From IMG/VR virus record IMGVR_UViG_3300048999_000056, positions 48,819-112,818 of that record: a stretch of DNA of 64,000 nt; one strand, 5' to 3'. The translations under genes were made by a program, and so were the position numbers. Below are positions 28,351 to 38,452 of the stretch, in pieces. The stretch comes from a virus. The stretch's first letter is position 1, and each line of letters starts with the position of its first letter. The notes under the pieces were generated by a model, which was given only the letters and a program-made list of their open reading frames with translations, made no database searches and had not been told where the DNA came from.

Positions 28351-30144
28351 CTACCGAAGACGGTTGATCGACGTTCCCTCTTGCTCCCGTGTGCACACCC
28401 AAACTTCATCGAATGGGAATGTCATTGAGCGGTGGTCCAGCAACCAGACGGCACGTGCACTCTGTTCCGTGCGGTCCTGCAGGCACGTCAACAAATCATC
28501 GATGCCCTCCGGTGACAGCCAAGCCGTCGGTTCATCGAATACCTCTACCGAGTGATATACGCCGGCCATGTTCTGTATCAGGGAAGCCAGTCCGAAACTC
28601 ACTGCCAGCTTGACGCGTTGCGCCTCGCCGAACGAGTAGGACTTGTATGTGCCCTGCCCGAGCGCGTTGACGGCGTGCACGTGGATACCGGGTGAACGCG
28701 TGCCGGACTCGATCTCATAGCGGATGCGCCATGCCCCGATGCCGAGCTGTGCGGCTGCCGATGCCGTCTCGATCTCCAGCAATGCCAGGATGCGGCGGAT
28801 CAGGAACAGCCGGACCAACCGAAAACCGCGCTTCCAGTAGTCAACCTTGATCTGATCCTCGGCCAGCGTCTCGATCGCAAATTGCAGGCTCTGGACGGTT
28901 TCGGCGAGCTGGTCAGCCTGCTGGCGGACCGACGCGATACGGTCTGCCAGGGGCGCTGCCTGGCTGCCACGCTGGGCTTCCTCCAGCCGCTGGCGGGCTT
29001 GTGCCAGACCGCGCTGGCAGGCTGCCACGTCGGCCCGTGCGGCGGTCTGTTCGTGCTCGCATCGCACGCGCGCTTCACGGGCTTTCTTGGCTTCGACTTC
29101 TACCTCCACCATGACCCTACCGGCATCGCGCCAGTCGCGCTCCAGGTGGTCGAGTTTTACGCCCGTATCGTCAGCCTGTAATTCGAGTTCTCGCATCCGA
29201 CGTTGCGCGAACACCTGATCGATCCGTTGCTTGCACGTTGGGCATGACTTGTGGTCGCGCAGGAAGTCGCTGTCTCCGAGGATGTCCTTATGCCGGAATG
29301 CCGCCTGCGTGTGATCGGTGCGGATGACTTCGATAATGTCCTGCAGCTCGCGTAACTGCAGATCGATGTCCTGTTCCGCCTGCTGCCTCGCCGTCAATGC
29401 CTGAGCAATGCCACGGGCACGCTGTTCGGCAGCACGCAATGCGTTGTCGGCCTGCACATAGTCATTCTTCAAGCCTTCCTCTGCGCGCGCATGATAGTCC
29501 TGCCATTCGGCTTGTGTCGCCGTGAGTTCCTGCAACAGTTTGTCGAGCCCGCTCGCGCGGCCTGCCTCGTGGGACTTGGTATTGTTGAGTTCGCTCAGGC
29601 TCTTCGTCATTTTCGCCGACTGCTCGCCGGCAAAGTCTGACAATTTCAGCCAGACGCCCAGTCCCATGATCTCGTCCATCAACGCGCTACGTTCTGGTAT
29701 CGACAGGTCCATGAACAGCGGCGCCGACTGGCCGAAGATCACCGAATGCACGAAGCGCAACCGCGTCATGCCCATCAGCGCATCGACGGCAGCCTGCGGC
29801 ACCGGCTCATTGTTCAACAGTAGCGTATCAGGCGAACCGGTGCGATCGATGATTTGCGTTTCACCGTCAACATTATACTGCGCGATGACATGCGGACGTT
29901 GCTTGAGTTCCCACGTGGCGAGGTCCGACGCGCGCTCGCCTCGGATCGAGGTCCCATAAAGGCACCACGTCAACGCATCCCACAACGATGACTTGCCGCT
30001 GCCGTTCGATCCGAGCGCGGGCTCGACCTTGTTGATTCCAGTGATGAAGCGGAACCCGCCCTCGGTCGGAAATTCGATCCGTGTCTCCTGGCTGAAGCAA
30101 CGAAACGCGGTGATCGTCATTGCCTCCAGCACGATCAGCCGCAT
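28351..30144 (-). CDS. SbcC/Rad50-like ATPase (gp46-like)
   Basis: SNGSGKSS Walker A, coiled coil with CPTC hook, S.GE signature, VFDEP. Confidence 0.9.
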   Translation of the reverse strand: MRLIVLEAMTITAFRCFSQETRIEFPTEGGFRFITGINKVEPALGSNGSGKSSLWDALTWCLYGTSIRGERASDLATWELKQRPHVIAQYNVDGETQIIDRTGSPDTLLLNNEPVPQAAVDALMGMTRLRFVHSVIFGQSAPLFMDLSIPERSALMDEIMGLGVWLKLSDFAGEQSAKMTKSLSELNNTKSHEAGRASGLDKLLQELTATQAEWQDYHARAEEGLKNDYVQADNALRAAEQRARGIAQALTARQQAEQDIDLQLRELQDIIEVIRTDHTQAAFRHKDILGDSDFLRDHKSCPTCKQRIDQVFAQRRMRELELQADDTGVKLDHLERDWRDAGRVMVEVEVEAKKAREARVRCEHEQTAARADVAACQRGLAQARQRLEEAQRGSQAAPLADRIASVRQQADQLAETVQSLQFAIETLAEDQIKVDYWKRGFRLVRLFLIRRILALLEIETASAAAQLGIGAWRIRYEIESGTRSPGIHVHAVNALGQGTYKSYSFGEAQRVKLAVSFGLASLIQNMAGVYHSVEVFDEPTAWLSPEGIDDLLTCLQDRTEQSARAVWLLDHRSMTFPFDEVWVCTREQEGTSINRLR

Positions 30145-30561
30145 GTTGAATCTTCTTCATCTGATAATTCGATAGAAGCCTTCCGTGCTTTTTGGGCTAC
30201 CATCCGGCAGAATCGTTTTATTTGCTCCTGTGTACAATCGCAGTGTTTCATCGTCATCAACGCGAAAAAAAGCGATAGTTCGGCGGGCATTCCGTTTAGA
30301 ATCCGCTCTACAACTCTGTCGGCAAGCCCGTGTAAATTATACTGCTCGGCCATAACATTCAACCTTTCAGCCGCATGTGGCGCCATCCGGCATGCTGTCA
30401 ACGACCTTGCCGAGTTCTTCTATTATGTCGCTCATGGCATGCGGGTAGCGTGTCTTGTCGAGTTGCTGGATGCCGAGCCGCCGTGTGTTGCTGTAGACTT
30501 GGAATAGGATCGTCTTTTCGGTTTCCTGTATCTCGATACGCAACATGCTTTCCTCCTTCGT

Positions 30562-31575
30562 TTATAGCACGATGCCTTTTGCTTCTTCCAACAAATCAAA
30601 TCCGGCTTCAAGCAATGGGATGTCGATACCCTCTGCTTCGGCGAACGCCATCATGGCTTCCTCGGGATCAGTCAGCTCTGCTGCTTCGCCGCTTGGCTGT
30701 GGCGAGGTCTCAACGATCGGCTCGATACCGGCCAGAGACACGCCATGCTGTTGCGCCCATTGCGTGATAGCCGCCTGTTCCGCCGGCCATTGCTCGACAC
30801 GATCAAGCGGCATGACAAGACGCACCCTGGCGGAATCACCGTGGCGCACATAACCGCGCTGCAGATCGGCGGCGCTTGTGATCTCCAGCACGTGTTTGCG
30901 GATCGGCATCAACGGAACTTCGCGGATGATCTCGCAGCTCTCATTGTCAATGACCAGGAACCGGCAACGATGATCGTCGCCGAACCTGACAGGATGCGGT
31001 GCGCCGACGTAGGTCCAGATGCCCGAGCCGACCGGTATCGTCTGCGGCGTATGGATGTCGCCCGAGTAGAACTTGAAGCCACGCGGCGCCTCGATTGCCA
31101 AAGGCTTGTTGCGCGATCGGTAGCGCTTGCCGTGCCCGATGTCGGCGCCGTCCAGCGACTGATGCAGGAAGGCAGCGCGGTAGAGCCGAAACTCGATACC
31201 CTGCCAATCCTCCATCGCGCGAGCGGTTGAGGGTAGCATGAGTTGCCTGCCGCGTGCGGTAGGCTCGCGGATGAAGGTGATGCCGGGCATGGCGTTGAGA
31301 AACGACCAGAACGGCTTTTCTTCGTAAAGCGGCCGATCGTGGTTGCCGGCCAGTATGGTGACTTCCACGCCTTGCTTGGCGAACTCGTTGGTTAGCGTGT
31401 CAACGAGACGGTTGACCAGCGCTGCCGGATGCCGGTCGCGCCGGTCGCCCAGATCACCGAGAATGTAAAGTTGTTGATCATCCTTGAGCAGAGGGTAAAG
31501 CCATTCGACGACCTGCCACCGGTATTCTTCGTCCGGGTTTGACGTTAGATGCCAGTCGGCGGTTAAGATTGTCAT
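30562..31575 (-). CDS. SbcD/Mre11-like nuclease (gp47-like)
   Basis: ADWH, LGD, GNHD, SGDIH metallophosphoesterase motifs. Confidence 0.9.
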   Translation of the reverse strand: MTILTADWHLTSNPDEEYRWQVVEWLYPLLKDDQQLYILGDLGDRRDRHPAALVNRLVDTLTNEFAKQGVEVTILAGNHDRPLYEEKPFWSFLNAMPGITFIREPTARGRQLMLPSTARAMEDWQGIEFRLYRAAFLHQSLDGADIGHGKRYRSRNKPLAIEAPRGFKFYSGDIHTPQTIPVGSGIWTYVGAPHPVRFGDDHRCRFLVIDNESCEIIREVPLMPIRKHVLEITSAADLQRGYVRHGDSARVRLVMPLDRVEQWPAEQAAITQWAQQHGVSLAGIEPIVETSPQPSGEAAELTDPEEAMMAFAEAEGIDIPLLEAGFDLLEEAKGIVL

Positions 31576-32053
31576 AAATGGCTCCGTAATGAGCGATCAG
31601 CGCTGCTTCTGCTTTGCCATCGTCTTTCACACGGCTCCACATGCGCGCGTTGAGTGGGAACAGCTCACTCGCGCGGCGCCGTGTTGCGCCCTTGTCCTTT
31701 GGGCATCTCAACGCCTTCTTCCACTCCTGCGGCGTGACGAATGTATGCGGCAACTCCAGCGCCGCCACGACACCTTCGACAATACCGCACGCCTTGCCAA
31801 AAGCGTAGGCGCTCGCAACACCTTCTTTCGGCAGTGAGCTGACATTCTCAATGTAGACGTGGCACTTGCGCCCGTTGGCGATTACGGCAACCGCCTTCAG
31901 AAACGTTGCGAGGCGAGGCGCGTTGACACGCATTCGCTTGCTCTTGCCGACCTTTACTTCATCGGCGGGCATGGGCTCGATCTGCTCAAACTCCCCGTCG
32001 ATCGAGACGGCGATTGCGCCGCGTGCCCCCGGATCGATGCCGATGATGATCAT
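31478..32053 (-). CDS. RuvC-like Holliday junction resolvase
   Basis: IIGIDPG..GA.A, IE.V, F....G, TPQEWKK, DDG.AEA.LIA. Confidence 0.85.
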   Translation of the reverse strand: MIIIGIDPGARGAIAVSIDGEFEQIEPMPADEVKVGKSKRMRVNAPRLATFLKAVAVIANGRKCHVYIENVSSLPKEGVASAYAFGKACGIVEGVVAALELPHTFVTPQEWKKALRCPKDKGATRRRASELFPLNARMWSRVKDDGKAEAALIAHYGAIYDNLNRRLASNVKPGRRIPVAGRRMALPSAQG

Positions 32054-32141
32054 CGCTTCCTCCTGGTCAGCCATAACCAGACCCAGGCCGGCACCGTCAG
32101 TCCGATGCCGACGAGCGGGACGATCAACCAGTAATCTAGCT

Positions 32142-33131
32142 TCATGCATATTTCCTCATAGGTGGGGCGGTTGCGCGCTCTACCGCCTGCCAGTGATCAT
32201 CAACGAGTTCGCACAGTAGCGCGTTGATCTCTTTCAGCCAGTTTCGATCCTGATGCCGTCGCGCCTCGCCGACCTGCTTGCGGATGTCGTTAAGATCAAC
32301 GCCGTTTGCCGCCTTGTGCTTTTCGAGGTAGTCGAGACAGGACCCTTCATCGTCAATGCCGTATTCAAACCAGAGCGTCACGTCGGCTTCACGGAACGGC
32401 TTGCCGACCTTGTTTTTCTTGTTACGAACTCTGACATTGGTGCCGACGATACGATCAACACCTTTGATCCGCCGCTCGATCTTGCGTAGCTCAGACAACC
32501 AGACAACCTGCGATGCGTAGAAGTCCAGTGCCCGCCCGCCGCTGCGCTTCTGCCGTTCGCCGAACATGACGCCGATCGTGTCCCGCAACTGAGATACGAT
32601 CAGCAACGCGCAGTTGGAGTTGTGAATGTCGGCAGCGGTGCGGCGGAACAGCTCCGACATCAACTTTGCCTTGCCGGCGCCGTAGGTGCCCTTTTCGATC
32701 GGCCGCTCCATTTCGTCGGCATCGGACAATGCGTCGAGTGAGTCAACGACATAGAGCGCTGGCGTGCTCCGCTTGCGCCGGACAAACTGCTCAAGGTCGG
32801 CGAACAGCTGCTCGACGGTATGGATGTTGTCAACCGGGTGCACGCCGGGCGGCATGCCGATCTGTTGTCCGTATGCTTCGTCATAGGCGGATTCCGCTTC
32901 TATGTAACGGATATCCTCCAGGCTGCGGCAGACACGCGCAAAGTTCGCACATGCCTCAACAGCAATCAGGGTTTTGCCGGCCGCCTTGTCTCCTACGATG
33001 TTGCTGACACGACCGACAGCCCAGCCGCCACCAAGCACCTGATCAAGCAGATGGCAACCGGAACTGACGAAGCGAACGCCCTCCCGTGCCGGCGCTGGAC
33101 CGGCACGGGTTGCGAGAGGTCGCCGTGGCAT
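32142..33131 (-). CDS. recA: RecA/UvsX-like recombinase
   Basis: LD..LGGG, GDKAAGKT, VVDSL, SQLR, SGGRALDFYAS, KNKV..PFR. Confidence 0.9.
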   Translation of the reverse strand: MPRRPLATRAGPAPAREGVRFVSSGCHLLDQVLGGGWAVGRVSNIVGDKAAGKTLIAVEACANFARVCRSLEDIRYIEAESAYDEAYGQQIGMPPGVHPVDNIHTVEQLFADLEQFVRRKRSTPALYVVDSLDALSDADEMERPIEKGTYGAGKAKLMSELFRRTAADIHNSNCALLIVSQLRDTIGVMFGERQKRSGGRALDFYASQVVWLSELRKIERRIKGVDRIVGTNVRVRNKKNKVGKPFREADVTLWFEYGIDDEGSCLDYLEKHKAANGVDLNDIRKQVGEARRHQDRNWLKEINALLCELVDDHWQAVERATAPPMRKYA

Positions 33132-34321
33132 CAGTGGCGCCCGTAGCGGTCACGCAGCGACTGAGCACGTTGCGCGCCCGATGGCGGTGGTCCGCTGTTA
33201 CCGGCCGGCGGTGCCTGCCGCTGTGGTGGTGGTGCCTGCCGCTGTGGTGGCGGCGCCTGACGGTTTGGCATTGCCTGCCGCTGCGGGGGCGGTGGTTGGC
33301 GGCGCTCATAGTTCTGTTGCACGGGCGGGCGGCGATCGTTCTGTGGCCGCGCGGAGTATGAATCCTGCTCGGGCGGCGGTCTGTCGTCGTAATTCGGATC
33401 GTAGCCGGGGTCGCCGGCATCGTAGCTCTGATCGTAGCCGGGATCGTAGCCAGGATCATAGTTCGGGTCGTAACCCTGATCGCCCTGGTCCGGCTCTTGG
33501 GAAGGCGGTGGAGCGCTGCGCCGTGCTGGCGGCGTCCATCCGCCGCTGGTCCGCTGCGGCGGCTGCCTGTCGCGCTCCTGTGCCTGCCGCGGGGGCGGTG
33601 CGCGGCGGTCATCGTCACGGCTCGGGCGCTGATCTTGCTCGCCATCCGCCCCGCCGCTGTAGATCGTCTGTATCTCGTTGTAGTCGCGCCAGAGCAAGGT
33701 GGACGGCACCGGACACTCATTGATGTATTGCAGGATGTCGCGGTCGACGGAAGTCGGCCGGCGGGCCAGCGCGACACCGGCATATTTGACCTGCACGCCC
33801 TCGCCCTCGCGATCGAACGAAATATCGTAGCCTTCATCCGGTTCATCGATGATGAAGAACTCGCCGGTCTGCCGGTCCTGCGACTGCTTGGCGATCTCGC
33901 GATCAAGCGTCCAGGGCATTGCCCAGAGCTGCGGTCCCTCGCGCTCGTTGCGCCGATCGATCATCCAGACCAGGGCGCGGCGGCGTGTTGCAAGCTGTTT
34001 CGCCTCCTCGTCGTCACCGCTCCTGGTCAACCCCATCGCCGCTTCGCATATCGGGCAACGCTGGCCGCGCATCTGGTTGATGCAGAGTAGCGCTGTCCCG
34101 TTGCCCGGTCCGATGCGGTAGTGCGCCCAGACATCGTACGCGTAATGTGTAGCGCCTTCCCACGTCGGCGGCAGGATGCGGACGTAGTTTTCGCCTTTCT
34201 TCGGTTGATACACTTTGAACTCGTCCAGAATGAATCCGGAGAACTCGCTGCCGGTCTGGGTTGCGCGACGATGCAGATGCTCGGGATCGCGACGACGGTA
34301 GACGTATGGCTGTTGTGCCAT
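33131..34321 (-). CDS. Putative single-stranded DNA-binding protein (gp32-like) with long Q/P/R/D/Y-rich disordered tail
   Basis: G.N.VRILPP...H...C....CPICE...DP.EGYD; context between recA and UvsY-like gene. Confidence 0.65.
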   Translation of the reverse strand: MAQQPYVYRRRDPEHLHRRATQTGSEFSGFILDEFKVYQPKKGENYVRILPPTWEGATHYAYDVWAHYRIGPGNGTALLCINQMRGQRCPICEAAMGLTRSGDDEEAKQLATRRRALVWMIDRRNEREGPQLWAMPWTLDREIAKQSQDRQTGEFFIIDEPDEGYDISFDREGEGVQVKYAGVALARRPTSVDRDILQYINECPVPSTLLWRDYNEIQTIYSGGADGEQDQRPSRDDDRRAPPPRQAQERDRQPPQRTSGGWTPPARRSAPPPSQEPDQGDQGYDPNYDPGYDPGYDQSYDAGDPGYDPNYDDRPPPEQDSYSARPQNDRRPPVQQNYERRQPPPPQRQAMPNRQAPPPQRQAPPPQRQAPPAGNSGPPPSGAQRAQSLRDRYGRH

Positions 34322-34346
34322 GGGCATGCTCCGTTTGGTGGTTGCT

Positions 34347-34841
34347 TTAGTCCAGGCCCAGCGGTCCGCGACTATTCGGGCCGCCAACACGCGCTTGGCG
34401 CTTTTCGTTGATCTGAGCGCGTCGTTGTTGGTAGATGGCAGTCGGTGAAGTGTAGCCGGCTTCGATCAAACGAGAGATCGTGGTGATAGCAGTAGACTTT
34501 GCGCGCATCCCATCCGCCAGCGATTTCCAGAGCGCCAGTTCGTACTCGGTTTCGCGTAGCGTTGCGAGCGCGTCACGCACATTGTCGTCGAGCAATATCT
34601 CCGATGTTATCTGTGCCTCTGACGGCTGTTTCTTCAAGTCAGGGTCATTGCGGATGCTGTCGGCGGTCTGCGCCTTGGTCTGATCAAGAATGTCCTTTGC
34701 CTCGTCACGCAATCGCTGCGCGTCGGCGGCGCCCTCGGATGCCTCCTGCTGATGTTGTGGCAGTTCGATCAGGTCCTCGGTCAACCGCATCGGATCGATG
34801 GTCAGCCGTGCCCGGATGAAATTGTAGCGCTCCTCGTCCAT
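34347..34841 (-). CDS. UvsY-like recombination mediator (helical protein)
   Basis: L.ID...L.E.L...P; K.P.EAQI...I..D; position beside SSB/RecA. Confidence 0.45.
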   Translation of the reverse strand: MDEERYNFIRARLTIDPMRLTEDLIELPQHQQEASEGAADAQRLRDEAKDILDQTKAQTADSIRNDPDLKKQPSEAQITSEILLDDNVRDALATLRETEYELALWKSLADGMRAKSTAITTISRLIEAGYTSPTAIYQQRRAQINEKRQARVGGPNSRGPLGLD

Positions 34842-34888
34842 CTTGGTTCTGCCTTTGAATTGGTAGCTTCCCTACCCCCTATATACGA

Positions 34889-35836
34889 TCAGCCGAAATG
34901 CAGCCTGGAGAGGGCAGCGAACAACACAACTTTCGGGTCGTAGCTCTGATGAGGAAACGTCAAAGCCTCAAGGATCGTCCAAGCGCGGCGCGCGTCCGCC
35001 TCGGCTTTTGCGTGTATGATGACCTTGACCGTGTAGTTTGCAGCGCGGATCAACGTTTCTCCGTAATCGGTTTCTTCATCGTCCATCTCGGCAAGCATTT
35101 CCTGCACGCGGTTCCAGGCTTTGCCGCCCTGGAGGATAAATCGCAATAACTTGATAACAGGTTCTTCCTCGTCTTCCAGCTGGAGGGCAGCGATACGGTG
35201 GACCTCGTCTTTATCCTGGCAGTCGTGTACGCCCTGCAGGACCGTCAGCCCGACGCGCATCGAGCCGCGCGCTGCAGTGACGACGGCAGCCATGATTTCC
35301 GGCCTGACCGTCCAGCCCTCCATATTGGCGACTTGCCACAGGTAGTCTTCTACAGGCTCACGCCGTATGGGCCGCAACTGGATTGAATAGCAACGCGAGC
35401 CGATCGTTGCTGGCACACGGCTTCGGTTGGTTGTGCAGAGCGCGATGTAAAGATGCTCAGGCGGTTCCTCGATTAGCTTCAACAAAGAATCCCACGCGTT
35501 GGCGCTCAACCGATGGCATTCATCGATCAGGAACATACGATGCCCGGTGCCGGCCAATGACATATGCTGCGCGTCGTGCACGATGACGCGCATATCTTCA
35601 ACCTTGCTGTAACTGGCTGCATCGATCTCTTCGATCCGACAGTTGAAATACTTGCCGATCAGCCGTGCAATTGTCGTCTTGCCGACACCCTTTTGCCCAA
35701 ACAGCAGATACGAGTGTGGATGGCTGTCATTCGCCATTGCGCGCTGCAGTGCATCAACAACTTCATCGTGTCCGTATACGTGCCCGAACGTTTCGGGTCT
35801 ATATCTCGTAATAAGCGGCTTTGCGGAATCAGACAT
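34889..35836 (-). CDS. Clamp-loader AAA+ subunit (DnaX/RFC-like)
   Basis: RYRP.TF..VYGH, G.KGVGKTT.AR, IDECH.LS..A...LLK.IEEPP, TI.SRC. Confidence 0.9.
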   Translation of the reverse strand: MSDSAKPLITRYRPETFGHVYGHDEVVDALQRAMANDSHPHSYLLFGQKGVGKTTIARLIGKYFNCRIEEIDAASYSKVEDMRVIVHDAQHMSLAGTGHRMFLIDECHRLSANAWDSLLKLIEEPPEHLYIALCTTNRSRVPATIGSRCYSIQLRPIRREPVEDYLWQVANMEGWTVRPEIMAAVVTAARGSMRVGLTVLQGVHDCQDKDEVHRIAALQLEDEEEPVIKLLRFILQGGKAWNRVQEMLAEMDDEETDYGETLIRAANYTVKVIIHAKAEADARRAWTILEALTFPHQSYDPKVVLFAALSRLHFG

Positions 35837-35847
35837 TGCAGCTCCTC

Positions 35848-38397
35848 TCAGTGTCTGTAATTGCCCTCGAATGTAGCGACCTCGTCCAGATCGCACCAGT
35901 TCTCGCCGACCTTCAATTCGACATTGAGCGGCACGATCTGAAATGGGAACCGGACTTTTGTCAACACCGGATAGATCGCATCGATGTACTGCTCGGGGTT
36001 GTCCTCCGGTATGAAGAAAGTCAGGTCATCGTGGATTTGCAGGCGCGGATGCAGGAACATATCGCGCTCGCGTCTGGCAGCCGCTGCGATGTCATTCATG
36101 GCCTCGATAACGATGTCGGCGGCGGTGCCCTGGATAGGCGTGTTGATAGGCTCATTGCCGGACAGGATGCCGCGCCGCACGCGCTTGGTCAACGTCGTGA
36201 TCGCGCCAGTGTCGCGGTATTCGTTGCGCCGATCCTTGTGCCAGCGCTTCACGCCTTTGTAGGTTTCCCAGAAGAAGCCGAGTATCTCCTGCACGATGCG
36301 CAACGGGATGCCGGTGCGCTCTGCGATGCTGTCGGCGGCGCCACCGTATAGTGCGTTGAACACAAGATCGGACTTGATGCAGTCACGACCGTATTTGCGA
36401 ATGCGCTTTTCGTCTTTCTCGCCGGTCAGGCTGGCGAGGCGGTCAATGTAGTCAGCATGAATGTCGAGCACCTGATCAAGCCAGTAGGAATGAATGTCGA
36501 AGCGGCTGATGATCGACGAGCAAAGGTTGCGGTCCTTCGATGCCATTGCCAGGACGCGCGCCTCCAGCTGTCCGTAGTCGAACTTGGCCATGATCAGCGG
36601 GCGCCCGTAGCGGCGGATCATCTCCTCGCGGATCAACGCGATCATACGGCGTATCTCGCGGTGCTTGCGTATCGGATAGTTCTGAATGTTCGGCTCGCGG
36701 CTGGACAGCCGCTGTGTCGATACAAACATGGTCGTATACGTCGGATGCAGCAACCCGTCAGGGTAGCGCTCCTCGGCTTCCAGCGTCGGATCGATGTAGC
36801 TCAGGACCTTGCTGATCTCGCGATCGTCCAGCACGGCCTGCGCCAGCGGGTTCTGCTTGGCAAACTTCGACAGTGTTTCAACATCCGTGCTGTATTGCGT
36901 CTTGGCAGATTTCGCGCTGCCTTTCGTGTAGGGCAGGTCCAGCTTGCCGTAGGCAACCAGAGCGATGCCGACCTGCTCCGGTGATGTCAACTTGAACTCT
37001 GTTGCGCGTTCGTCCTCGAAGCGCCGGACCTCGTACAGCTTGCGTGCCTTGGCGCGGATTTCCTGTTGCTGCTCTCGCAGATTCTGTTGCAGCCGCAAGG
37101 CTTCCGCCTTGTCGGTCGGCAATCCCTCCAGCTCCATGTATGTCGTGGCGTAGATCGATCCAATGATGCGGTCATAGTTGTCATCGTTGACCTTGCCGTC
37201 CAGCCGTTGGTAGATCAGCGCCGATGCCAGCGCGTCCAGCCCATTGTACGGCAGCACTTCATTGAGCGGATACTCCATGATCCGCTTGGTATCGATGTTG
37301 CAGATGCGTTTGACATTGGTGCCAAGGTGGATATGCGAAGCGTCACCGAGATCGAGCGCGCTTTCCCGTTCGTGGTAGAGTCGGACCAATGCCATCGTGT
37401 CGTCGAACGGCGCCAGCGGTCTGTCGGTTTTGTTGTAGTAGGTGAACCACGCCAGTTCGTGCGCGGCGTTGTGCGCTATCCATCGTCGCTCGCGGACAAC
37501 CTGCATGCTAAGATCAACGCCCCAGTCGGTGGCGCCGCCCGGATGATTGCAGGGGAACGCAATCGTCGTCTTGCCGTCGCTGAAGGCAGTCGTCAACCAT
37601 TCGGCGCCACGCTCGTATGGGCGTAGTTTGGAAGATTCCGTATCAACCGCAAGCGGATCACGCATGCTCGACAAGAGATTGACGGCCTCCTGGCGGTTCT
37701 GCGGAATGATGACGTTCTTCCTGCTGATCGGCACCACGCGTGGCGGCGGATAGTGATCAACGTTCTTGAAGAAATTGCGGACATCGTTGCGGAATACCGG
37801 CATGGCCGGATTCTCGTAGCGGTCCTCCCGCTGCGTGTGCAGGATGAACGCAGGATGCATGACAGGAAAATACCAGTAGGATTTTCCGTTGATCTGCACT
37901 GGGAACTTCAAGCCGTGCACGCGCATGATCGATGCGCCGGGGAAGAACCGCCTGAGCGGCACCGCGCCAACACCGAGAATTGCTTTCAGCCCGCGCATAG
38001 AAGCGATGTCGGCGTCAAGATGTCCTGAGCACGCATGCGCTTCCTGCAATGTCGGCGTGCGATTGCTGGCCGGTCGGCAGCGCACCATGTTCTGATAAGC
38101 AACACGGTCGAGGTGCAGTCGGGGTATCTGCTCGCGCAAGAGGCTGCCAGACGGTCCGATCAGCGCCGCGCCCCTACGGTCCTCCTCCTCGCCCGGACCC
38201 TCTGCCAGCGCCAGGATATCGCCTGCCAAATTGCCCGTCAGCGGCATCTCGGGTGTGGTGATCGTGCCCCACGTCTTGCTGAGCGGGCACGCCTGACAGC
38301 CGATCGCCTGCGGATCGAGGATCGGCTGCGGCTTGGCGGCCCGTGCGGCAGCTGGACGTACGCCCTCGTGCACGTCCAGCGTCTTCCAGAAGCCCAT
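35848..38397 (-). CDS. Family A DNA polymerase with N-terminal uracil-DNA-glycosylase-like domain
   Basis: C..CPL...EGPG.EED..G...GPSG..L, N.V.CRP..NRTP...C, HPA (UDG family 4); DTES exo I; SS.EPNIQN, DYGQLEAR, LYG, N.PIQGTAAD, HDD; GGAGG RBS before ATG 38397. Confidence 0.9.
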   Translation of the reverse strand: MGFWKTLDVHEGVRPAAARAAKPQPILDPQAIGCQACPLSKTWGTITTPEMPLTGNLAGDILALAEGPGEEEDRRGAALIGPSGSLLREQIPRLHLDRVAYQNMVRCRPASNRTPTLQEAHACSGHLDADIASMRGLKAILGVGAVPLRRFFPGASIMRVHGLKFPVQINGKSYWYFPVMHPAFILHTQREDRYENPAMPVFRNDVRNFFKNVDHYPPPRVVPISRKNVIIPQNRQEAVNLLSSMRDPLAVDTESSKLRPYERGAEWLTTAFSDGKTTIAFPCNHPGGATDWGVDLSMQVVRERRWIAHNAAHELAWFTYYNKTDRPLAPFDDTMALVRLYHERESALDLGDASHIHLGTNVKRICNIDTKRIMEYPLNEVLPYNGLDALASALIYQRLDGKVNDDNYDRIIGSIYATTYMELEGLPTDKAEALRLQQNLREQQQEIRAKARKLYEVRRFEDERATEFKLTSPEQVGIALVAYGKLDLPYTKGSAKSAKTQYSTDVETLSKFAKQNPLAQAVLDDREISKVLSYIDPTLEAEERYPDGLLHPTYTTMFVSTQRLSSREPNIQNYPIRKHREIRRMIALIREEMIRRYGRPLIMAKFDYGQLEARVLAMASKDRNLCSSIISRFDIHSYWLDQVLDIHADYIDRLASLTGEKDEKRIRKYGRDCIKSDLVFNALYGGAADSIAERTGIPLRIVQEILGFFWETYKGVKRWHKDRRNEYRDTGAITTLTKRVRRGILSGNEPINTPIQGTAADIVIEAMNDIAAAARRERDMFLHPRLQIHDDLTFFIPEDNPEQYIDAIYPVLTKVRFPFQIVPLNVELKVGENWCDLDEVATFEGNYRH

Positions 38398-38452
38398 AGA
38401 CACCCTCCTGATTTGGTAGCCTCTCAGAAGGGATATACGAAACGCCGAAAAA